Below the pieces are notes generated by a model. That model was not told the DNA's origin. It saw only the letters and a list, made by a program, of their open reading frames with translations, and searched no databases. A stretch of 64,000 nt of DNA, taken from the IMG/VR virus record IMGVR_UViG_3300034375_008609, one strand, 5' to 3'. Both the position numbers and the translations under genes were made by a program. The DNA is from an uncultured virus (IMG/VR IMGVR_UViG_3300034375_008609). Taxonomy: Duplodnaviria; Heunggongvirae; Uroviricota; Caudoviricetes. Positions 46,064-56,872 of this stretch are shown in pieces; the first letter of the stretch is position 1, and each line of letters begins with the position of its first letter.

Positions 46064-49000
46064 TATTTATCGAGTAGTTTTTTCACCATTTCTTTCAATT
46101 CTGCAATTTCAGCTGCTTGCGCTTCAATCTTAGCATCTTGTTCTTTGATTGCTTCAATAAACAACGGAGCAAGTTTTTCATACTTAACTGTGATATAGTT
46201 TTCGCCTGATTTACTCTTATACTCTTTTGCTTCGCTATCCCATTCTGTATCAAATGGTGCTTTCGCAATTGCTTGTGGTAACACTGCTTCAACTTCTTGT
46301 GCAATAACACCAGCATCGTTTTTCATTGTTACTGGATGGAAACCTAAATCATTAACTTCTGCTTTCCAATCAAAGTTTACACCATGTAGAGATTTTACTT
46401 TATCCAATGCGTTTTCAATTGGAACAATGTTTTCTTTGAGTCGTCTATCAGATGAATAAGCAGTAACTTCGCCTACAGCACTAAGACTACCACCCATTTG
46501 AGCATTGTTGTTTGTTAAGTTCCAATAAGCTGGCCACTGACTGTTTACCTGTGTCCAACTGGTTGAGTCATCTGCACCACGTAGAATATAGAACAAGTCG
46601 CTATTGGTATGTAGCATAGCAACATTGTGATCAGTATCACGGAAATATAATGTTGGTGATGTATTTCTGATGTAAATGTTTTGACTTGCTGTAGCAGTGC
46701 TTCGTATAAAGCCTGTGCTGTCAATACCATCGAGTGTATCAGCATCAGAAGCTGTAACACCAGTAATACCACTACCGTCACCTGTAAATGTAGCGGCTGT
46801 TATATTGCCAGTAATGTTGATACTACCTGCGCCGCTGATTGTTCCAGAGAAGCTGTCGTTTGCATCACTGCGTAAGAAACTACCGCTATCTACTCCGTCC
46901 AATGTATCTGCATCTAGTCCACTTGCAGAGCCATCATTACCAGCATGCCAAACTGTATAATTTGTTCCGCCAACATTGTAAGTTAAACCATTTACACCAC
47001 TGTTGATATCAAGATATTCATCAGTTCTATCATTGTAGATACGCATTGCTCCACCATTTACATACTGAATATAACCTCTGCGAGTTCCTGCTTGATAGAA
47101 ACTAATGTATGGACTTTGTGTCGAACCTTGTGTTTGCAAACGTAGTTGCTCACTGTTGTTGCGATTTATTGTAAGCAATCCTGTTGTAGTATCGTTTTCA
47201 TCACTGCGTAAGAAACTTGCGCTATCAATGCTGTCTAGGGTAGCAGCATCAACACTAGTTAATCCACTACCATTACCAGTAAATGTGCTTGTGCCAATGT
47301 TGATGTTTCCAAAATTACTGGTAATGCTACCTGCATCAAGTGCACCAGTTCCTGTTAAGTTGCTGTATGTTCCGTCAATACGTGCATTTGGAACAGTTCC
47401 TGTGCCTAAGTTGCTTGCATTTAGGCTTGTAAGTCCGCTACCGTTACCGTTGATTGTGCCATTTACATATACATCTTTAGCAATGCCAACACCACCGTCT
47501 ACAATAAGAGCACCATTTGTTGAAGCTGTTGATTGTGTTGTATTATCAATGTTAACAACTGTTGAACTGTTAAAGTTAATGCTTACACCATTGTCTGCAC
47601 CAATTGTATCCAATGCAATGCTACCAACATTAGTAATGTTATTATCGTTAAAGCTGGTTGCACCTAAACTTACACTACCTGTCGCTGTAAGATTATCAGC
47701 ACCAATATTAATTGAACCAAATCCGCTAGTGATACTACCTGCATCAAGTGCGCCTGTGCCTGTAATATCTAATTGGTGCTGAACAACACTGCTTGAACTG
47801 ATTCTACCATCTGGAACAGTTCCGCTTGTCAAATTGCTTGCATTGAGTGCAGTTAAGTTTGTGCCTACACCACTGAAACCATTTGTTCCGCTATATGTAA
47901 AACTTGTGGTAGTAACAGTTGTGTTAACACCAGGAATACTTAAACTATTGTTTGATGCATTACCAATTTGCATAAAGTTGCTTGTTGTGTTTGTAGCAGT
48001 TTCAATACCTTTACCAATCAAGATATTGTTACTACCCGAAGTAAGTGTTCTACCTGTGCTTGCACCAAGCACTGTGTTATCACTACCTGTAACAATCTCA
48101 AGAGCTTGATATCCTACACCGGTGTTATCATCACCAGCTGTGCTGTTTGCCATTGTGTCTGCACCAACACTGGTGTTGTTATTACCTGCATTGGTTCTTT
48201 GTTCTTGGCTGTCTGAACCAATAGCAGTGTTATTGTTAGCACTTGTAAGTGCGCTCAGTGCCACATAACCTACAGCAGTGTTTTTATCACCGCTTAGAGC
48301 ACCATGTATACTACCACTACCAATACCAGTATTATATTGTGCACCAGTAGTAATACTATCACCATCGCCAAATATTAAGTTGGTTGATTCAGCTAATGCA
48401 CCTTGACCAATTCTAAATCCATTTACAGTAATATCGCTTGTAAATGTTTTACCTGCTTGACTAGTTGGCAATCTAGCATCGTTTACAGTTCCACTTGACA
48501 AGTTAGTTGCATTAAGTGTTGTGAGTCCGCTACCGTTACCGTTAAGTATTCCACCTACGTGTAAGTTTTTAGCAATACCAACACCGCCATCTACTATAAG
48601 TGCACCATTTGTTGAAGCTGTTGATTGTGTTACATTGTCAATGTTTACAACAGTTGAACTTGCAAAGTTCATACTTGAACCATTGTCTCCGCTGATTGTA
48701 TCAAGTGCTATGCTACCTACATTAGTAATATTATTATCACCAAAACTTGTAGCACCTAGTGTAATAGTTCCTGTTGCTGTAAGATTGCTTGTTCCAATAT
48801 TAATGTTACCAAAGTTGCTTGTAATACTACCACCGTCAAGTGCGCCAACATTTTGCAAACTACTGTTAATAACATTTGTTCCAAGTGTATTTGCACTTAG
48901 AACTTCTGTGTTATTAATGCGATACACTTTTCCGCTTATGATGTTTACATGCTCACTGAAGTCCCAACTATCGTTAGCATTTGACCATGTAATAGTATGA

Positions 49001-52000
49001 TCTGTTGCGCCTTTAAGTGTAATACCGCCGCCATCTGCTGTAGTATCAGTTGGAGTAGCGACAGTTCCTAATTCAATGTTTTTGTCATCAATTTGTAGTG
49101 TAGTTGAATTAAGAGTAGTTGTTGTTCCGTTTACAGTTAAGTCACCTGTTACAACAACATCACCAGCTATGTTAGTGTTACCAGTTGCATATGCAATAGT
49201 AAATTTAGTTAAACTATCTCCAAAACCTAAATCACCAGTTGCACCAATTTGCATACGCTGAGTGCCTGCTGTTAAAAAATCGAGCTCGTCATTATCGGCA
49301 CCAGCACTTGTCTCTGGTCTAATAAGTGTGTCTTGGTCAACGTCTTTAACACCACCTAGTGAACCCCAGTTACTTCCATCGTAACCTTCAAATGTGCTGT
49401 CGCTTGTATTATAGCGAATTTGACCTTGTGCAGCAGTTACATATATACCTGCTTCACCTGGACGCTGCGCACTTGTTCCTACAGGAACTTTTATACCAGT
49501 TGTATCTGTGAACTTTGTATATCCAGTTACAGTCATAACACCTTCTGTATCAATACGCATACGCTCTGTAATGGTTTGTAGTGCTTCTCCTGTAGTGCCT
49601 TCTTCGCCAGTTTCAACAATAAAGTCGCCGCCGGTTGCATTACCAGTTCCAATGCCTGGACGTAGCGTCAAAGAACCGCCGCTTATATTTGTGCCAATGC
49701 CGCCTTCGCCTTTAATTAGTGCAGGTAATGGACTTGTTCCGAATTCACCACCACCAATTACAACGTTTTGGTTTTTAATAACAATAGTATTTTCTTTTGA
49801 TATTGTTCCAATCTGTGTCACAGCTGGATTAGCGTTTACGTTGTTGTTTGTTCTAATTGTAAAAGAAGTAGCATTTTCAGTTGCACCAATAACCGGCCAT
49901 TGTCCGTCAAGATTTGCAATCCCACTACTTGCAACAATAACTGTATCTCCTACTCTAACACCAAGTGTTAATGGTGTATTTGTAAAAGTAATAGTTGTTC
50001 CTGTTAAAACACTACCTGTTAAATCTTGGCTTAAAAATACTTCGTCATCTGTGATACCAGTTACAGTTGTGTTAGCTGGAATACTACCACTACCGGCCAC
50101 AGTCATGCCAAATGCAACTTGAGAGGTATCACCAAACAACAATACCTTTTCGCCGTTTGCACTTGCAGAAGAAGTTGATAAATTAATAGCTGATAAATTA
50201 ACAACTACATCTTGAGTGTTAGTTGCTTCATATGTATCAACACTTGTGCTAATATTTCTGCTATCACTGTTTTTACCTATTTTTACATTTTCAGCATCGC
50301 CACCAATTTCGAGTGTAGAAACGTTTTGATTGTAAACTTGGCCTAGTGATGTGCTGCTAGAACTTAGTTTAGCTGATCCAACATCCAAACCTTCTGCAAG
50401 ATCAAGTGCTGTGCCCCATTCGGGGGTAACACCATTTGATTTTAAGAATGTGTTAGCTCTACCAATGTTAAGTGTATTCAAACTTGCAGCTGATTGTGCA
50501 TACAAAAGATCACCAATTGCATAAGTTGTGATATTGGTTCCACCTCTATTAACTGGCACAGGACTAGTTAGGTTAGCAGGGTTTAAGAAATAAGCACTAT
50601 CCAAGCTGTCCAAGGTTCCTGCATCTACAACACCGTCTTTGATGAAAACTTCACCACTACCGTTTGAGTTAACATCAAATTGGGTTTGTAGGAATCTACT
50701 TGTTCCAAGTGTTGAGAATGTTCCAAGTGGATCGTAGTCAGCGTTAGCTATACCAATGTTTACTGGATCACCGTAGAATTCAGCATTTGAACTTGATCCT
50801 GTTAAGGTGATTGGGTTATCTGTTGTGTTTGCTTTTTTTAGACTTTGAACAACAGTGTCATATCTGCTATCACCAAATAGAACTGTGTCGCTATTAGCAA
50901 CCCCACTTGAACCAAGTCTACTTGGAGAAATAGTTCCAGAAATAATGTTTTCTGCATCAATATTTGTAGCAGCTAGTGTGTTCCAGTTTGACTTAATTCT
51001 ACTTGAAGTGTTTACAATTTCAGTTACTCTTGTATTACTTGGCGTAATTCTTGCAGCACCTACACCTTTTGTTCCGATGTCTTTTCTGTTTGTAACAAGT
51101 CCGTTAATACTACTCAACGCATCTGAACGTAGTGTGTGTAATGTAAACGAGTTTGTAGTTACTGATCCTACAAAGAATCTTGATCCGTCTACAATTTCTT
51201 TACCGTCAATGTTTGGAAGAGCGTTAGAAGTAGACCCATCTGTTAATGTGTTAATTCTTATAGCATCAGCTGTTGTAAGTCCGTGGTTTTGAACTATAAT
51301 ACTATCGTCTGTTAAGTTAACAGCATGTCTACTAAAATTATGATTGTTGTTTAACGGAGTTGTTAGGAATTCAATTTTATTTAACAAACTGTAATCTTCG
51401 TAGACTTCGATAGTATCGACATCAATGCGTTTAGCATAATACACACTACCATTTAAAAGACCGCCAATAGCAACATTGCCCAATGTATCGTATGTAAGCG
51501 GATCGCCGTCTAGCAATCCGTGTCCAGCAATAGTAATTCTGTTTGTAGTGTAATCAACACTACCACCACCTGCAGTTGTGCCTGCTAAGAAGTTCAAGCT
51601 AATTACATTGTCAAGTCCTATATCAAATGAATTGTTTACAGCATCAACGTCTTCGATAAAGTCAATACTTGAACTAGATGCAACAAACAATTCTCCGCCA
51701 AGAATATTTACATATATACGTTTTTCTATAGCAGATACATCTATTTCAAAACTACTACCTGTGCCACCTATGTCTGCTGCGTTTGCACTTAATCTATCTC
51801 CAACAACATACCCTGTGCCACCTCTCCTAAGGTCTACATCGCTTACTGCGCCTGCCGTTACAGTAATATCTGCTTTTGCACCTGATCCAACACCTGTTAT
51901 ACTTGTTAAAGAAACATTTTCGTAAATTTTATTACCTTGTGTTGGAGTATACCCGCTACCGCCAGTGATATTTGCGTTGTCTACATTAACAGCAACACCG

Positions 52001-55000
52001 TATCTTTCTTCTGTAACTGCACCTTGTGCATTACCGTCAGCACTTGTTACAACACTGAAAACATTGCCTGTTCTACTAATAGTTGAAACATCTATACCAA
52101 TATTAGCAATCGTAAAAGAAGTCGATGTAGGAGTAGATAAAACTTCGCCGTTTACGTTGAATGTCTCGTCTTCAACACATTCGACTCTTACTTGGTTACC
52201 AACATATAATCCATGAGCAGAACTTGTAACAATAGTTTGAATATTACTTGCTCTAGATACACTACTTAGACTTACAATTGTAAAATTATAATCAAGAGAA
52301 GGATCTAATATCAAATACTGACTGGTGTTGGAACTTTTTAGGAAGTAGTTGTCAATAATAGCAGTTGATGCACCTTTGCTTGTTGGATAAACTCCTGAGT
52401 CTACACCATCAACAAACAAGTTTAAGTTGTTTGTGATATCCCAAGGATCGCCAACACTGTCGTCTGTTTCGTCCCAAGCAAGTCCTGTTGTTGCAACTAA
52501 AATATTTCCACTGGTGCTAAATGTTCCTTTTGCGTATCCAGTAGCACCAGTTACACCTGGTTGTGTAATAACTGCACCATCTGATGCTGTGATATTGCCA
52601 CTAAGAGTCAATTGGACTTGTTCAAAGTTTTCTGTTCCGATATCACCAGCAGACAAATTAACTGCTGGAATTTCGTCGACTTGTGTTAGTCTTGAATTAT
52701 ATCCTTCTGTGTTTGTGTTGGTAAACTGACGTGTTGCAGGAATAAGTTCGCCGTTGAGCTGACCATTTGTGTTCAACTGAACAATAGCACCTGGAACAGC
52801 AGCAGTTGACACAGTTTTGTCAACAAAGCCACCTAACCTGTTTGAAATAAAACTTCTTACTGCTAATTGTGTTGAAAGTCTAGCATTACTCGGGCCGCCA
52901 ATTTCGTCATCACCCAAGTTCACATCTGTTGAAATTTCTTCAATAGCAACATTAGACAGACTTAGTTTTAGAGCATCTAGTTCGTCCACCTGAACTTTGT
53001 TTCTAAATGTAATGTTACCAGTTCTGTTAAACGCTGTAATAAAGTCACCAACTTTAAAGTCACCAAGTTCGTTTGTTCCTGATGAATAAACTCGTCCTGG
53101 CAATTCTTCGTATTGTTCGTATTCTGCTCTTGTGTTACCACCGTTTTGTGGAAGTGCGTTATAGTCTGTTCCTGAACCAGCATATTCCCAAGTGTGTGCA
53201 GATGAGTTAACAATACTCGGTCTGTGGAACCATATTTGTTTTTCTGGTAGATTGGCAGTATTTGTAACACTGCTACTACCGTCTGTAGCTGTAATAGAGA
53301 ATGTTGCTGTGCCTAATCCAGTTTTTGCAGATACTTCATTGATTGCAATAGTTGTATTTGGACTAGGAGAATGGTCTTGTGTAATTGTGCTGGTTGCATC
53401 AAATTGAATTCTCAATACGCTTGATCCTACAGCTACTTCTTCAATACTTACAATAAGTCTACGTTCTTCTGGTTCCCAACTATGCACAAATGCACTGTTG
53501 TTGTTTGCACCTGTTGTTCCTTGAATTGCTCTACCAGGAACAAAATAATAGCTTTCAGATCCTGATTCGAGAATCAATGTTTGATATGTTTGGTGTGAAC
53601 TTAAAATTTCTTCAACATAGAATTCTATAATGTCTGTTCTAAAAATATGTGTGCCACTATTTGTAGCATTTGTAAATAGATCTACTGGAAATTCTAAGCT
53701 GTCATCAAATGTTAAACTGAATGTATTTTCATCTAACACATTAGCATAGTATGTTTGTTCGTCGTTTAAACCACCAATAGACGGATTTCCATTGTTATCG
53801 TAAATTAATTTTTCGCCGTTTGTAAATCCATGTCCGGTAATAGTAAACACACCTGTGCCTAAATTAATATCTGTGGCCGCATTAAAGTTTGTTGTAGTAG
53901 GAGTTGGAATAAAGCTGTTTGTTATATCGCCTTCACTTGTTACTTCTGCAGGTGATGGAATTTCTTCTGGAGCTCTAATTGCTTCACTTACAATATTAAA
54001 TCTACCTTGGACAAAATCTTCAATAGCAGTTGTAATTCCAGTTTTACCTGTAATCACTGCATTTGTATAAGTAGCAGCTTGTTGGATAGCTGCAATTGTT
54101 TGCAATTCTTCGCCTGCAAATACACTTCTAGTTGAGTCTGCTAGGTTGGCAGTAAAGTAGCTTAAACCTGCACTACGAGAATATCTATTACCTGTATCCC
54201 AAGTGTCTTTTGCTACTGCATCAATAATTAATTTTGTATCACGTAAACATTTGCTTTGATCGTATGTAAAGTTATACCATTTTGCTGCATCAATACTTTC
54301 GTTAATATAACGTGTGACTCTTTGCGCAATGTTTGCTTGTCCAACTGCGTCTAATCTGATAAAGTCATCTTGTAATGTTTGTGATACACCTAATGCATTT
54401 AAATCAGGCTCAATTAGAGTTATATCAACTGTGCCATCTTGATCTAAATAGCCAACAATTTCTCCAATTCTTGCTTCAACAAAAGACTCTTCAGTTACAG
54501 TTGCTGGTGTTCCGCTAGTGTCTTGTGTTAAAACGTTTCCTGTTGAAACTGCTACTGCTGTTTCTGTAACAATTTCACCAACAACAATTTTTAACCTATT
54601 GTATGCTGCAATAGTTTCATCTTTTTCACCTGACCCAAATTGTGCATTTGTTCCAACAAAATATTGTATAGCTGCATCTATAGTTTGTAAGTTACCATTA
54701 GTAGATAAGTCATACACAAGTGCATCAATAATCAAACCAACATCATTTTCACATTTTGCTGCGTTGTATGTAAACGTAGTTGAGAATGGAGCAGTTCCTG
54801 CTGAAACTTGACTTGCAATCCATGCAGTAATTTCTTTTTTAATAAATTCTTTGTTTGCAATAAGTTGGTTTCTTGCATTTAATGCATTTGTATTAATTGC
54901 AGTTGGTAATACTCTAGCGTCTACTAAATCATCTCCAGCAACACTTGCACTACTTCCAGCATCTAATACTTCTACTATTTCGTCCCAAAGTGCATCAGAT

Positions 55001-56766
55001 CTTGATTCAAAAGTTGCATCTTGTATAATTTGTGCTGTAAATGTTTTAGCATTTTGGTAAGCATCAATATGTTGCTCTTTTTGAGTAGCAAAAAGAGTTG
55101 GATCAAATCTACCGTTGAAGTAAGTTAATACAGATGAAATAGTTCTAGCATTAGAATTTAATGCAGCGTCATATCTAATAGCATCTACTAATAGCCTTGT
55201 ATCTCTTGCGCATTTTGCTTCGTTATAACTAAATCCTGCGTAGATACTTGGCGAGCCAGCTGCATTAGAAACTTGTAAGTTTACCCAATCAACTACATCT
55301 TGTGCAATTTCATCTCTTTTATTATCAATTAATAGTTTTGCAAATTTATAACCAGGATCTCTAAAACGCAAAACAAATTCTTCAACTGGAGCATCTCGAT
55401 TTATACCCGTAATAGTAATAGTTTGTTTACCTTCACTAGCACCAGTTGACACAACATGAGCACGGTCAAATTCAAATGCTTTAGGCGAATAGCCTGAACT
55501 TCGTAGCGCATATAAACCAAAGTTTGTAGCAGAGTTGGTAATAGAACAATATCCGCCTGATTGTGTATAAACACCATTGAGTAGGAAAATTTGGAAACAA
55601 GACACGATCTGTGCATAAGCATCGTTAAGTAGTCGCCAACCTGTGCCTCCAAATGAAAGCATGGTATATGCGTTAGCAACCATTGATTTACCTTGTTCAG
55701 GTATAGAACCAATGACTGGATTCTCAGCCTCAATATTGTAACGTGGAACGTTTGGAGATTCAACTAATGCACCGTCAATTTTAGCACCACTACCTCCTAA
55801 GAACGAAATAATTGAACAGTTCTGTGTATATGGAGAAGTAACAATTGTTGGTTTTGTATTTGGCAAGTTTGTATATTCAGCACGGTCAGTTACATCAGTA
55901 GCATTTGGATCGTCAAACACTGTAGCGTAATCCCATGTAATCAACGGAACTTGGTTATCATCAACCCCGTCTCTAAATGTAAATTCACCAAAGTAACATG
56001 CGTTACGAACACGTAGCATGTCCAAGTTAGCATTTGCAGGACGGATAATACAACCACGCAAACCGTCACCTTTGATAACAACGTTATCAGGAACAATAAC
56101 TGGGTTATCTTCTGTGTAGTCACCAACAGCAACTTTAATGTTTACTCTAGTTCCGTTGACTAAGCCGCTAGGGTTATAAACTAATGCGGAAGCAAGTTTA
56201 CATGCTCTTTTAACAGTTTTTACCGGAGCACTCTGTCCGTCATTAGCGTCATCACCTTGTTCAGCAGAAACGTAGATAACGTTACCACCAAATACGTCAG
56301 CATCAGCAAATTCTAGTTGTCCGTTACCATCTGTTTTAAGTATTTGTCCAACAGTTCCATTGACAAGAGGCAGAGTCAAATTATAACTATTAGGCAAGTT
56401 GTAAGGTGCTTGAATACTAATACCATCTTCACCAGATGCAATACTTTCACGCCAAGTAATTTTACCAAAATCTTCCATGTCAAGGTCGTCTTTGATATTG
56501 AAGCCTGCGTTAGTGACTGTCATTTTTTCGTCGCCGTTGACAGTCATGCTGATTTCAGCACTTGCACTATCTAACAAGTCATCTACTCTAACTTCAGTAT
56601 TTCCTTCAAAAATTCTTTTTGTGATATCTTGGACAGTGTTATCATCTCTAAGTAGATAAACTTTACCGTCTGCTGTATTGATGGCTAATTCGCCGGATTC
56701 AAGTTGTGCTACACTAGGTTGATTACCAGCGACCGCACTTCGCTTGTGTCTAATTGTTGTTGCCAT
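46063..56766 (-). CDS. Giant tail fibre/virion protein (3567 aa) with C-terminal intramolecular chaperone (peptidase S74-like)
   Basis: N-term GELAINTADGK fibre-anchor motif, YVSA..GDDANDG beta-helix entry, G/T/S-rich fibre repeats (DADTLDG.DS..FLRSD), C-term SDRRLKENI...GVIAQEVE...YEKLAPLFIEAIKE coiled coil. Confidence 0.85.
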   Translation of the reverse strand: MATTIRHKRSAVAGNQPSVAQLESGELAINTADGKVYLLRDDNTVQDITKRIFEGNTEVRVDDLLDSASAEISMTVNGDEKMTVTNAGFNIKDDLDMEDFGKITWRESIASGEDGISIQAPYNLPNSYNLTLPLVNGTVGQILKTDGNGQLEFADADVFGGNVIYVSAEQGDDANDGQSAPVKTVKRACKLASALVYNPSGLVNGTRVNIKVAVGDYTEDNPVIVPDNVVIKGDGLRGCIIRPANANLDMLRVRNACYFGEFTFRDGVDDNQVPLITWDYATVFDDPNATDVTDRAEYTNLPNTKPTIVTSPYTQNCSIISFLGGSGAKIDGALVESPNVPRYNIEAENPVIGSIPEQGKSMVANAYTMLSFGGTGWRLLNDAYAQIVSCFQIFLLNGVYTQSGGYCSITNSATNFGLYALRSSGYSPKAFEFDRAHVVSTGASEGKQTITITGINRDAPVEEFVLRFRDPGYKFAKLLIDNKRDEIAQDVVDWVNLQVSNAAGSPSIYAGFSYNEAKCARDTRLLVDAIRYDAALNSNARTISSVLTYFNGRFDPTLFATQKEQHIDAYQNAKTFTAQIIQDATFESRSDALWDEIVEVLDAGSSASVAGDDLVDARVLPTAINTNALNARNQLIANKEFIKKEITAWIASQVSAGTAPFSTTFTYNAAKCENDVGLIIDALVYDLSTNGNLQTIDAAIQYFVGTNAQFGSGEKDETIAAYNRLKIVVGEIVTETAVAVSTGNVLTQDTSGTPATVTEESFVEARIGEIVGYLDQDGTVDITLIEPDLNALGVSQTLQDDFIRLDAVGQANIAQRVTRYINESIDAAKWYNFTYDQSKCLRDTKLIIDAVAKDTWDTGNRYSRSAGLSYFTANLADSTRSVFAGEELQTIAAIQQAATYTNAVITGKTGITTAIEDFVQGRFNIVSEAIRAPEEIPSPAEVTSEGDITNSFIPTPTTTNFNAATDINLGTGVFTITGHGFTNGEKLIYDNNGNPSIGGLNDEQTYYANVLDENTFSLTFDDSLEFPVDLFTNATNSGTHIFRTDIIEFYVEEILSSHQTYQTLILESGSESYYFVPGRAIQGTTGANNNSAFVHSWEPEERRLIVSIEEVAVGSSVLRIQFDATSTITQDHSPSPNTTIAINEVSAKTGLGTATFSITATDGSSSVTNTANLPEKQIWFHRPSIVNSSAHTWEYAGSGTDYNALPQNGGNTRAEYEQYEELPGRVYSSGTNELGDFKVGDFITAFNRTGNITFRNKVQVDELDALKLSLSNVAIEEISTDVNLGDDEIGGPSNARLSTQLAVRSFISNRLGGFVDKTVSTAAVPGAIVQLNTNGQLNGELIPATRQFTNTNTEGYNSRLTQVDEIPAVNLSAGDIGTENFEQVQLTLSGNITASDGAVITQPGVTGATGYAKGTFSTSGNILVATTGLAWDETDDSVGDPWDITNNLNLFVDGVDSGVYPTSKGASTAIIDNYFLKSSNTSQYLILDPSLDYNFTIVSLSSVSRASNIQTIVTSSAHGLYVGNQVRVECVEDETFNVNGEVLSTPTSTSFTIANIGIDVSTISRTGNVFSVVTSADGNAQGAVTEERYGVAVNVDNANITGGSGYTPTQGNKIYENVSLTSITGVGSGAKADITVTAGAVSDVDLRRGGTGYVVGDRLSANAADIGGTGSSFEIDVSAIEKRIYVNILGGELFVASSSSIDFIEDVDAVNNSFDIGLDNVISLNFLAGTTAGGGSVDYTTNRITIAGHGLLDGDPLTYDTLGNVAIGGLLNGSVYYAKRIDVDTIEVYEDYSLLNKIEFLTTPLNNNHNFSRHAVNLTDDSIIVQNHGLTTADAIRINTLTDGSTSNALPNIDGKEIVDGSRFFVGSVTTNSFTLHTLRSDALSSINGLVTNRKDIGTKGVGAARITPSNTRVTEIVNTSSRIKSNWNTLAATNIDAENIISGTISPSRLGSSGVANSDTVLFGDSRYDTVVQSLKKANTTDNPITLTGSSSNAEFYGDPVNIGIANADYDPLGTFSTLGTSRFLQTQFDVNSNGSGEVFIKDGVVDAGTLDSLDSAYFLNPANLTSPVPVNRGGTNITTYAIGDLLYAQSAASLNTLNIGRANTFLKSNGVTPEWGTALDLAEGLDVGSAKLSSSSTSLGQVYNQNVSTLEIGGDAENVKIGKNSDSRNISTSVDTYEATNTQDVVVNLSAINLSTSSASANGEKVLLFGDTSQVAFGMTVAGSGSIPANTTVTGITDDEVFLSQDLTGSVLTGTTITFTNTPLTLGVRVGDTVIVASSGIANLDGQWPVIGATENATSFTIRTNNNVNANPAVTQIGTISKENTIVIKNQNVVIGGGEFGTSPLPALIKGEGGIGTNISGGSLTLRPGIGTGNATGGDFIVETGEEGTTGEALQTITERMRIDTEGVMTVTGYTKFTDTTGIKVPVGTSAQRPGEAGIYVTAAQGQIRYNTSDSTFEGYDGSNWGSLGGVKDVDQDTLIRPETSAGADNDELDFLTAGTQRMQIGATGDLGFGDSLTKFTIAYATGNTNIAGDVVVTGDLTVNGTTTTLNSTTLQIDDKNIELGTVATPTDTTADGGGITLKGATDHTITWSNANDSWDFSEHVNIISGKVYRINNTEVLSANTLGTNVINSSLQNVGALDGGSITSNFGNINIGTSNLTATGTITLGATSFGDNNITNVGSIALDTISGDNGSSMNFASSTVVNIDNVTQSTASTNGALIVDGGVGIAKNLHVGGILNGNGSGLTTLNATNLSSGTVNDARLPTSQAGKTFTSDITVNGFRIGQGALAESTNLIFGDGDSITTGAQYNTGIGSGSIHGALSGDKNTAVGYVALSALTSANNNTAIGSDSQEQRTNAGNNNTSVGADTMANSTAGDDNTGVGYQALEIVTGSDNTVLGASTGRTLTSGSNNILIGKGIETATNTTSNFMQIGNASNNSLSIPGVNTTVTTTSFTYSGTNGFSGVGTNLTALNASNLTSGTVPDGRISSSSVVQHQLDITGTGALDAGSITSGFGSINIGADNLTATGSVSLGATSFNDNNITNVGSIALDTIGADNGVSINFNSSTVVNIDNTTQSTASTNGALIVDGGVGIAKDVYVNGTINGNGSGLTSLNASNLGTGTVPNARIDGTYSNLTGTGALDAGSITSNFGNINIGTSTFTGNGSGLTSVDAATLDSIDSASFLRSDENDTTTGLLTINRNNSEQLRLQTQGSTQSPYISFYQAGTRRGYIQYVNGGAMRIYNDRTDEYLDINSGVNGLTYNVGGTNYTVWHAGNDGSASGLDADTLDGVDSGSFLRSDANDSFSGTISGAGSINITGNITAATFTGDGSGITGVTASDADTLDGIDSTGFIRSTATASQNIYIRNTSPTLYFRDTDHNVAMLHTNSDLFYILRGADDSTSWTQVNSQWPAYWNLTNNNAQMGGSLSAVGEVTAYSSDRRLKENIVPIENALDKVKSLHGVNFDWKAEVNDLGFHPVTMKNDAGVIAQEVEAVLPQAIAKAPFDTEWDSEAKEYKSKSGENYITVKYEKLAPLFIEAIKEQDAKIEAQAAEIAELKEMVKKLLDK

Positions 56767-56872
56767 TATGGCTGCCTCCTATATAGGTAACGGGTCAGGT
56801 CCTAAGACGCCCAATTAAAAACGATAGAGATCGTTACTACTATTTATGAAGGAAAGTAAAGTAGTAGCTTAA

